A stretch of DNA of 64,000 bases, from positions 1,839 to 65,838 of the forward strand of contig JAAYDW010000032.1 of NCBI GenBank assembly GCA_012729055.1, written 5' to 3'. Below the pieces are notes generated by a model that was not told the DNA's origin, made no database searches, and was given only the letters and a program-made list of their open reading frames with translations. Positions 57,337 through 64,000 of this stretch are shown piece by piece. The stretch is from Deltaproteobacteria bacterium (GTDB lineage: Bacteria; Desulfobacterota; Syntrophia; Syntrophales; Smithellaceae). The number at the start of each line of letters is the position of its first letter. Within the stretch, counting starts at the first letter, position 1. Both the position numbers and the translations under genes were made by a program.

Positions 57337-58557
57337 ATGAACAGCAAAGAAGTAGTTCTGGTGGACGGCACAAGGACGGCTTTCGGCCGCCTGGGCGGCA
57401 GCCTGAAAGATATTACGGCGGAGGAGCTGGGCACCGTCGCCCTCAAGGGTCTGCTGGACAAGACCCGAATCAGCGAGCGGGGGAAAGTGGATTGTGTTTT
57501 TGCGGGATCAGCGTTTCATGTGTCCCGGCCAATTAATCCGGCCCGCTGGATGGTGCTCAATGCCGGCCTTCCCGTGGAGACAACGGCTTCTTACGTGGAA
57601 ATGCAGTGCGGATCGGCAATCGACGGCATCAATCACGCCGCCTGGAAGATCCTCTGCGGGCATGCGGACGTCATCATTGCCGGCGGCATGGAATCCTTCA
57701 GCCAGCTGCCGTTCAAATTTACCTCGAGCCCGACGCCGTATCGGATCACGCCGCCGAAGGTTCTGGAATATCAGCTTCAGCCGCCGCCGGCGGAAGGCCG
57801 GGCGTATCTGCCCTTCGAGATGGGGCTCACGGCGGAAAATCTGCACGAGATGTACGACATCTCCCGCGAGGCCCAGGATGAATTTGCTTTTCGCAGCCAG
57901 ACCCTCGCTAAAAAAGCGATGGATGCGGGGTATTTCGTCGATGAAATCGTGCCGGTTTTGGTGCCGCAGGGAAAGAAGAAGCCGCCCCTGGAGTTCAAAA
58001 TGGACGAACATCCGCGGCTGGAGCCCCTGGATGTTTTGGTCAAACTGCCGCCCGCTTTCAAAAAAGGCGGAACGGTCACGGCGGGAAATTCCTCCGGCCT
58101 CAACGACGGCGCTGCGTTTGTTCTGATGATGACCGCTGAGAAGGCCAGGGAACTGGGATATCAGCCCTATGCGCGCTGGATCTGCGGCGCCGATGCGGCG
58201 GTGGATCCTTCCATCATGGGAATCGCCCCGGCCTACGCCATACCGATTGCGCTGAAGCGGGCCGGTCTCAGGCTTCGGGATATGGACGTGGTGGAATGCA
58301 ACGAAGCCTTTGCCGCGCAGAATCTGGCCGTCATCAAGGAGTTGGAGAAGCAAACCGGCGAGAAAGTCGTGATGGACCGCTGGAATCCCTTGGGCGGCGC
58401 GATTGCGTTTGGCCATGCCAACGGCGCTTCCGGGGCCCGCTGCGCGCTGTTTGCGATGAAACAGCTGGAACGGACGGGCGGACGGTACGGCCTCTTTTCG
58501 GCCTGCTGCGGCGGCGGTCAGGGCGTGGTTGCGATCATTGAAAATTTGAGAAAATAG
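57337..58557 (+). CDS. acetyl-CoA C-acyltransferase (thiolase)
   Basis: Nucleophile context MQCGSA; C-terminal GHANGASGAR and CCGGGQG blocks. Confidence 0.9.
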   Translation: MNSKEVVLVDGTRTAFGRLGGSLKDITAEELGTVALKGLLDKTRISERGKVDCVFAGSAFHVSRPINPARWMVLNAGLPVETTASYVEMQCGSAIDGINHAAWKILCGHADVIIAGGMESFSQLPFKFTSSPTPYRITPPKVLEYQLQPPPAEGRAYLPFEMGLTAENLHEMYDISREAQDEFAFRSQTLAKKAMDAGYFVDEIVPVLVPQGKKKPPLEFKMDEHPRLEPLDVLVKLPPAFKKGGTVTAGNSSGLNDGAAFVLMMTAEKARELGYQPYARWICGADAAVDPSIMGIAPAYAIPIALKRAGLRLRDMDVVECNEAFAAQNLAVIKELEKQTGEKVVMDRWNPLGGAIAFGHANGASGARCALFAMKQLERTGGRYGLFSACCGGGQGVVAIIENLRK

Positions 58558-58563
58558 TCAACC

Positions 58564-58606
58564 GGGCCTCGCTTCTGTTTTCCGGGAGGCCCTTAATAAT
58601 TTTTTT
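58564..58606 (+). terminator. putative terminator after the thiolase gene (GGGCCTC / GAGGCCC stem, T-rich tail TTAATAATTTTTTT)
   Basis: Inverted repeat and T-run read directly. Confidence 0.55.
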
Positions 58607-58723
58607 GCCCCTTCTCACAGCCTCTGCGTTTTTGTACGGCCAGCCCCCGGCCGGCAAAGACGCAGGGGCTTCTTTGGAAAACCTTTGCGGCTGCGGCCGT
58701 TTTCAGCGGTCAGCAATCCCCCG

Positions 58724-58753
58724 TTGATCTTTCCTTGCCGATAATGCTAGAAT
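58724..58753 (+). promoter_or_regulatory. putative promoter of the DsbA-like selenoprotein gene (TTGATC-N18-TAGAAT)
   Basis: Hexamers read by eye, about 32 nt upstream of ATG 58785. Confidence 0.45.
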
Positions 58754-58784
58754 CCGGGCACCTTGGGAATCGAAAGGAGCTTTG

Positions 58785-59378
58785 ATGATCCGCATCAGAA
58801 TTTTTTCCGATTATGTCTGACCTTTTTGCTATATCGGCAAGGCGATTGTCGATCGGCTGAAGAAGGAATATCCGATAGTGGAAGAGTGGATAAGCTATGA
58901 ACTGCATCCGGAAACGCCGTCCGAAGGCATGTTGCTTTCCGAGCGTTTTAAAGGCAGAGACCTCGCGCCTTTTTACGCTCAGTTAAAGTTACGCGGCGAT
59001 GAACTGGGCATCGTCTTTAAAGAACACGCCATCCTTTCCAATTCCCGTTTGGCGCTCTTGGCCTCTGAGTATGCCCGCGACCGGGGGCGGCATGATGTGT
59101 TTCATGAAAACATGTTTCAGGCGTATCTGAGCCGGGCGCAGGATATCGGCCGACCGGAAGTGGTCGGCGCGGTCGCCGCCGCAAGCGGCCTCGGCGCCGA
59201 AGAAACGCTGGCGGCGGCAGGCGACGGCCGCTATGCGCCCCGACTCGCGGAAGCGGCCGGCGAAGGGCGGATGCTCGGATTGACGGGGATTCCTCTGTTC
59301 ATCGTCAATGACGCTTACAAGATCACCGGCGCTCAGCCGCTGGAGGTTTTCCGAGACCTTTTGGGCAGGCTGGCATGA
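58785..59378 (+). CDS. DsbA/FrnE-family thiol:disulfide oxidoreductase, predicted selenoprotein (TGA 58818-58820 read as Sec; active site U-P-F-C)
   Basis: ATG 58785 is preceded by AAAGGAG. The frame reads MIRIRIFSDYV-TGA-PFCYIGKAIVDRLKKEYPIVEEW and is continuous with ORF 58878..59378. The TGA is at the first Cys position of the family CxxC motif. Confidence 0.7.
58832..58877 (+). other. candidate bacterial SECIS-like stem-loop downstream of the in-frame TGA
   Basis: Hand fold. The outer helix is TATCGG (58832-58837) / CCGATA (58872-58877). The inner hairpin is CGATT-GTC-GATCG (58843-58855) with a GU-containing apical loop about 28 nt after the UGA. Confidence 0.35.
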
Positions 59379-59449
59379 CGGTCTGAGTCTTTTTTGAGCC
59401 GCCGGAAATGCCGGCGTCGTACCGACCGCAAAAAACAAGGAGGTAACGC

Positions 59450-60277
59450 ATGGAGAAAAATTCAGTCGTCCTCATTTCGGGCTGTTCGTCCGGCATCGGT
59501 CTTGCCCTGTCCCGTGAGTTTGCCTTGCGCGGCTGCCGGGTCTTTGCCACGGCGCGCCGGCCGGAAGCCCTTGCGGACCTCGTGCAGGAAACGATGGATA
59601 CCGCGGCTCTGGACGTCACCGACGCCGGGTCCATCGAAGCCTGCGTGGCGGAGGTGTTGGCCAGAGCCGGCCGGATCGATGTGCTGGTGAACAATGCCGG
59701 CTATGCGCTCATCGGTCCGATGATCGATCTTTCCATAGAGGACCTGCGCAGACAATTTGAAACCAACGTCATCGGCCTCATGGCGCTCACCAGGGCCGTC
59801 GTTCCCGCCATGATCCGGCAGCGTTCGGGGCTGGTGGTCAACATGGCATCCGTGTCGGGTATCTGCGCCACGCCGTTTGCCGGGGCTTACTGCGCCTCCA
59901 AGGCGGCCGTGAATCTGCTTTCCACGTCGCTGCGCATCGAGCTTGCGCCTTTCGGCATCGACGTGGTGACGGTCCAGCCCGGCGCGATACGATCCGGCTT
60001 CGGCAAAGCCGCGGCCGACAGCGTCCGGCTTGGCGAGGATTCGTTTTATAAGCCGGTTGCCGCGTACGTGCAGGCGCGCGCCACCGCGTCCCAGGACAAT
60101 CCGACATCGGCGGAGAAATTTGTGAAGAAGCTGGTCGACAAACTGTTTTCCGGAAAGATTCCCAAAATCATTCGTCTGGGCCGGCAATCGACGAGCCTGC
60201 CGCTGGTGGCCCGTCTGCCGTTGCGCCAGTTCGACGGGCTGATGAGCAAGACCTTCGGCCTTCACAAGTTAAAATAG
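59450..60277 (+). CDS. SDR family oxidoreductase
   Basis: SGCSSGIG cofactor motif, NNAG, and the YCASKAA YxxxK motif. Confidence 0.9.
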   Translation: MEKNSVVLISGCSSGIGLALSREFALRGCRVFATARRPEALADLVQETMDTAALDVTDAGSIEACVAEVLARAGRIDVLVNNAGYALIGPMIDLSIEDLRRQFETNVIGLMALTRAVVPAMIRQRSGLVVNMASVSGICATPFAGAYCASKAAVNLLSTSLRIELAPFGIDVVTVQPGAIRSGFGKAAADSVRLGEDSFYKPVAAYVQARATASQDNPTSAEKFVKKLVDKLFSGKIPKIIRLGRQSTSLPLVARLPLRQFDGLMSKTFGLHKLK

Positions 60278-60364
60278 TCAGGGTTTTCGCCTGAACGCCG
60301 GTGGATGAGGCGTTTTTTGAAAAACGTTATACGTACAATCAACAAAAAGTAAGGAGTCGAAGCC

Positions 60365-60736
60365 ATGAAGTTTGTTTTTTCCCACAACAATTTTAACGTC
60401 CTGAATCTGGAAAAGAGTTTGACTTTCTACAGGAAAGCGCTTTCGCTCGCCGAGGTGCGCCGCTACGAACCGCCGGATAAAAGTTTCATCATCGTGTACC
60501 TGGGCGACGGAACAACTCCCCATTACCTGGAGCTGACCTGGCTTAGGGACCGCGAGGAGCCCTATAATCTGGGGGACAATGAATTTCATCTGGCGCTCAA
60601 GGTGGAAGACTTTGCCGCCGCGCATGCGCTGCATGAAAAAATGGGCTGCATCTGTTTTGAAAACAAAAAAATGGGGATTTACTTCATCAACGACCCGGAT
60701 GATTATTGGATTGAAATCTTGCCGGCAAAGCGGTAG
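60365..60736 (+). CDS. VOC family protein (lactoylglutathione lyase-like)
   Basis: 123 aa; HYLELTW...FHLALKVED...YWIEILP pattern of the small glyoxalase I family. Confidence 0.8.
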   Translation: MKFVFSHNNFNVLNLEKSLTFYRKALSLAEVRRYEPPDKSFIIVYLGDGTTPHYLELTWLRDREEPYNLGDNEFHLALKVEDFAAAHALHEKMGCICFENKKMGIYFINDPDDYWIEILPAKR

Positions 60737-60811
60737 ATTTAAACCGTGCGGCAAGTCCCCCTTGCTCCGATGACCGGAGGGGCGACCTTGCTTGAGAAAG
60801 GAGAAGATTTA

Positions 60812-61408
60812 ATGAAAAGGTTTTTTTTCAGGATGATTTTCCTGGCGCTGGTTGTTCTGACGCCCATTTCAGCGATGGCGGATGTGGATGTAAAAATCGG
60901 CATCAATATTCCCCTTCCGCCGCCGATCCTTTTTCCGGCGCCGCCGGAGGTGATCGTGATTCCGGAAACCGACGTTTATGCGGTGCCCGATGTTGATGTC
61001 GATATTTTCTTTTACGGCGGCTGGTGGTGGCGCCCGTGGGAGGGACGCTGGTATCGATCCCGTTATTACGACAGGGGCTGGAGCCACTACAACCGGGCGC
61101 CCTCATTTTACCGGAATGTGCCGCCAGGATGGAGAAACGATTATCGGGACCGCCGGTGGAAAGGCCATGAGTGGGATCAACGCCGCATTCCCTACGGTGA
61201 CGCGAAGAAAAACTGGCGCAGCTGGAAGCGCAACAAGCACTGGGAAAAGGAAAACCACTGGGGCGTGAGAGGAATGGATCGCAGGCCGTCCGGTCAGCAG
61301 AAAAAGTACCGCGACCGCTATGACGGACCGCAACGCGGGAATGGCCCCGGACCCGGCCCCAAGGGCGGACCGGGAAGGGATCGCCCAGACAGGGGCGACA
61401 GAAGATAA
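60812..61408 (+). CDS. secreted Trp/Arg-rich low-complexity protein (hypothetical)
   Basis: ATG 60812 is preceded by AAAGGAGAAG. Signal peptide MKRFFFRMIFLALVVLTPISAMA, then GGWWWRPWEGRWYRSRYYDRGW... and a Gly/Pro/Arg-rich tail. Confidence 0.6.
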   Translation: MKRFFFRMIFLALVVLTPISAMADVDVKIGINIPLPPPILFPAPPEVIVIPETDVYAVPDVDVDIFFYGGWWWRPWEGRWYRSRYYDRGWSHYNRAPSFYRNVPPGWRNDYRDRRWKGHEWDQRRIPYGDAKKNWRSWKRNKHWEKENHWGVRGMDRRPSGQQKKYRDRYDGPQRGNGPGPGPKGGPGRDRPDRGDRR

Positions 61409-61433
61409 TGCCCATCACTCTTCTTTAATGCAG

Positions 61434-61482
61434 TAAACCGGCCGGGCAGACTATGCCAATTGCAGTCTGCCCGGCCGGTTTA
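61434..61482 (+). terminator. perfect 19-bp hairpin (TAAACCGGCCGGGCAGACT / AGTCTGCCCGGCCGGTTTA, 11-nt loop) after the Trp/Arg-rich protein gene
   Basis: Every base pair was checked by hand. No canonical T-tract. Confidence 0.5.
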
Positions 61483-61557
61483 CGGTCGGTTTGCCGGGCA
61501 GGCTCCCCGTGGATCGTTTTTTGTCCTGCGGAAAGTGCGCCGGATGACGGACGCCGC

Positions 61558-61579
61558 ATAAAAATTGATTGATTTTTAT
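61558..61579. promoter_or_regulatory. AT-rich inverted repeat ATAAAAAT-N6-ATTTTTAT upstream of pckG
   Basis: Read directly. Confidence 0.3.
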
Positions 61580-61738
61580 AGTATTCTCCTTTAAAGTCGC
61601 CCGCGTAAATGGGTCTGCGATCCGCTTACCGTAGTTTTTCAGGATGCCGGCGATATCCTCTTTAATCCTCAAATCACTACGCTGTGTTGTGCGCTTGGAG
61701 AGCAAGAATACCAAAATCAAATCAGGGAGAATGAGCAA

Positions 61739-63601
61739 TTGAACATTGACAAGACCATTTTGAGCGAAGAAAATTATCAGAAGATTAAAGCCCTCAAGAA
61801 TCCCCACGTGGAAAGAATCGTTGAGGAATATGTGACGTTATGCAAGCCGGCGAAAGTATCGGTGATCACGGACAGTTTTACGGATATCGGCTACATTCGC
61901 CAGATGGCCCTGGATCTGGGCGAAGAAAAGAAGCTGGCCATGCCCGGTCACACGATTCATTTCGACAGTTTTCACGACCAGGGGCGCGACAAGAAAAACA
62001 CCCGCCTGCTGGTGACTCCCGATATGAAAGTGTCCAAAATCATCGACGTGAAAGATCGGGAGGAAGGCCTCGCGGAAATCCGCGGAATCATGGACGGCAT
62101 CATGAAGGGAAAGGAATGTTTTGTCCGCTTCTTCTGCCTGGGGCCGCTTCACTCCCGTTTTTCCATCGCCGCCCTGCAGATCACCGATTCCGCCTACGTC
62201 GCCCACAGTGAAGATCTGCTTTACCGCGTGGGATACGAACACTTCAAAACGCTTGCCGGCTCGGATGATTTCTTCTATCTGGTCCATTCCGCAGGCGAAC
62301 TCGATGAACGGGGCAATACCAAAAACATCAAGGACCGTAGAATTTATATCGACGTGATCGGGAAAAAGGTTCTTACCGTGAACAATCAGTACGCGGGCAA
62401 CAGCGTCGGGTTGAAGAAGCTGGCGCTGCGTCTGGCGATTTACAAGGCCAACAAGGAAGACTGGCTCACCGAGCACATGTTCATCATGGGCGTGAAGCCG
62501 GAAGGCAGGAAACGCGTGACCTACTTTACCGGCGCGTTTCCCAGCGCCTGCGGAAAAACCTCGACGGCCATGGTGCCGGGCCAGCAGATTGTCGGCGACG
62601 ACATTGCCTACATCCGCCACGCCGAGGACGGCCGGGCGTATGCGGTCAACATCGAACAGGGCATCTTCGGCATCATCGAAGACGTCAACCCCATCGACGA
62701 TCCGGTTATCTACGAAGCCCTGACGACGCCGCGCGAGCTTATCTTCTCCAACGTCCTCCTGAAAGACGACAAGCCCTACTGGCTGGGCATGGGGCAGATT
62801 CTTCCGGAGGAGGGCTACAATTTTTCCGGCGAGTGGAAAAAAGGCAAGAAGGATGAAAAGGGCAACGACATTCTCCTGGCCCACAAGAACGCGCGCTACA
62901 CGATTCGCCTCAACGAACTGAAGAACGTGGATCCCAAACTTTACGATCCGGAAGGCGTTCCCATAAGCGGCATCATTTACGGCGGGCGCGATTCCGATAC
63001 GTCCGTGCCCGTTTACCAGAGCTTTGACTGGGCCCACGGCATGTTTATCGGCGCGTCGCTGGAGTCGGAGACGACAGCCGCGACGATCGGAGCGGTGGGC
63101 GTCCGGGAGCTGTCTCCCATGGCCAACCTGGATTTCCTGGTGGTGCCGCTGGGAACGTATCTTTCCAACCATCTGAAGTTCGGCAACCGCCTCATCGTCA
63201 AGCCGCTGGTTTTCGCCACCAACTATTTCCTGAAGGAAGACGGCAAATTCCTGAACGAAAAGGTCGACAAGAAAGTCTGGCTCATGTGGATGGAAGGCCG
63301 GGTGCACGGTGAGTACAAGGCGATTGAAACGCCGATAGGGTATATTCCGCATTACGACGATATCGCCAAGCTGTTTGTGCAGATTTTCGGCAAAAAGTTT
63401 TCGCGCGAAATGTACGACAAGCTGTTTTCGGTCCGGGTGGAAAAGTTCCTGGAGAAACTGGACCGCGTCGAAAAGGCCTACCGCGAGGAGGAAAACATTC
63501 CCGATGAGTTCCATGCTATCATGGACATGCTGCGCAACCGTCTGACCGTGGCAAGGGAAAAAACCGGAAAGTCCGTCATCACGCCCGGCGAATTCGCCTG
63601 A
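61739..63601 (+). CDS. pckG: phosphoenolpyruvate carboxykinase (GTP)
   Basis: FPSACGKTS P-loop and overall GTP-PEPCK pattern. TTG start is preceded by GGGAGA. Confidence 0.93.
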   Translation: MNIDKTILSEENYQKIKALKNPHVERIVEEYVTLCKPAKVSVITDSFTDIGYIRQMALDLGEEKKLAMPGHTIHFDSFHDQGRDKKNTRLLVTPDMKVSKIIDVKDREEGLAEIRGIMDGIMKGKECFVRFFCLGPLHSRFSIAALQITDSAYVAHSEDLLYRVGYEHFKTLAGSDDFFYLVHSAGELDERGNTKNIKDRRIYIDVIGKKVLTVNNQYAGNSVGLKKLALRLAIYKANKEDWLTEHMFIMGVKPEGRKRVTYFTGAFPSACGKTSTAMVPGQQIVGDDIAYIRHAEDGRAYAVNIEQGIFGIIEDVNPIDDPVIYEALTTPRELIFSNVLLKDDKPYWLGMGQILPEEGYNFSGEWKKGKKDEKGNDILLAHKNARYTIRLNELKNVDPKLYDPEGVPISGIIYGGRDSDTSVPVYQSFDWAHGMFIGASLESETTAATIGAVGVRELSPMANLDFLVVPLGTYLSNHLKFGNRLIVKPLVFATNYFLKEDGKFLNEKVDKKVWLMWMEGRVHGEYKAIETPIGYIPHYDDIAKLFVQIFGKKFSREMYDKLFSVRVEKFLEKLDRVEKAYREEENIPDEFHAIMDMLRNRLTVAREKTGKSVITPGEFA

Positions 63602-63626
63602 ACCGATTGCTCCTGCGCTCTAAAAA

Positions 63627-63654
63627 AGCCTCGCCGGTGACGACGGGGCTTTTT
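63627..63654. terminator. bidirectional rho-independent terminator between convergent pckG and the biotin carboxylase gene
   Basis: 7-bp stem AGCCTCG / CGGGGCT (one G-U pair), flanked by an A-run upstream and a T-run downstream. Confidence 0.7.
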
Positions 63655-63666
63655 GTTGTCTGCGAC

Positions 63667-64000
63667 CTATTTCAATTTGCCGCGGATATCCGGCCGGTCC
63701 GCGAGGTCCGTCGTGTAGCCGCCGTCCAGAAAGTCGTCCTCCTGCAGAATGACCCGGTGAAACGGAAGCGTGGTTTTCGGTCCTTCCAGCTCCATTTCGC
63801 CGATTGCCCGCCGCATCCGCGCAATCGCCTCACTGCGCGTCTTGCCGACGCTCATTATTTTCATCATCAGGGAATCGTAGTGGAACGGAAACGTGTAGCC
63901 CTCGTAGACGCCTTCGTCAATGCGGATGCCGGGGCCGTGGGGAAGCCTCAGTTTCCGAATGACGCCCGGCGAGGGGATGAAGTTGTTAAGCGCATCTTCC
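63667..64000 (-). CDS. biotin carboxylase C-terminal part (acetyl-CoA carboxylase AccC or pyruvate carboxylase subunit A), partial at window edge
   Basis: The reverse frame is open to the window end. ...YDSLMMKIMSVGKTRSEAIARMRRAIGEMELEGPKTTLPFHRVIL matches the biotin carboxylase C-terminal domain. Confidence 0.8.
   Translation of the reverse strand, partial: EDALNNFIPSPGVIRKLRLPHGPGIRIDEGVYEGYTFPFHYDSLMMKIMSVGKTRSEAIARMRRAIGEMELEGPKTTLPFHRVILQEDDFLDGGYTTDLADRPDIRGKLK

Noticed and set aside
61451-61807. 118-aa minus-strand ORF in the pckG upstream region
   Set aside because: It overlaps the pckG start and the 19-bp hairpin, has no SD, and has implausible composition.
61838-63514. 558-aa ORF antisense to pckG
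   Set aside because: pckG is unambiguous (FPSACGKTS). The antisense product has no motifs.

Overview
GC-rich chromosomal segment with about 62 protein-coding genes. The gene content is anaerobe-type: Fe-S aldo/keto reductase, glutaconate-type CoA-transferase, ADP-forming acyl-CoA synthetase subunit, GTP-PEPCK and a predicted selenoprotein. This fits a Desulfobacterota/Syntrophia-like deltaproteobacterium, but that is inference only. I found no rRNA, tRNA, CRISPR array, transposase, integrase or phage genes, so this is core genome rather than an island. Housekeeping blocks are nadK-recN; mltA; pcm-nlpD; carD-yacL(PIN/TRAM)-ispDF-gltX-radA; groES-groEL; hrpB; pckG; and a partial biotin carboxylase. 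An apparent catabolic operon (48.2-58.6 kb) encodes an XRE-cupin regulator, LivHMGF plus a binding protein, CoA-transferase A/B, an SDR, 3-hydroxyacyl-CoA dehydrogenase and thiolase. The most notable observations are: (1) a DsbA/FrnE-family oxidoreductase whose CxxC first Cys codon is an in-frame TGA (predicted selenocysteine, UPFC), which the ORF track truncates; (2) a cofactor-independent phosphoglycerate mutase encoded as one ORF with its canonical N-terminal ~215 residues moved to the C-terminus (circular permutation); (3) two adjacent decayed genes, one with an in-frame TGA after its signal anchor and one acyl-CoA ligase missing its catalytic core; (4) a recurring palindrome, (C)ATACGTAT(G), in three 5' regions, once placed directly after a promoter -10; (5) an orphan near-consensus promoter with a 14-bp tandem duplication in a convergent intergenic gap; (6) an apparently leaderless hrpB. 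All folds, promoter calls and motif scans were done by eye and need computational confirmation.
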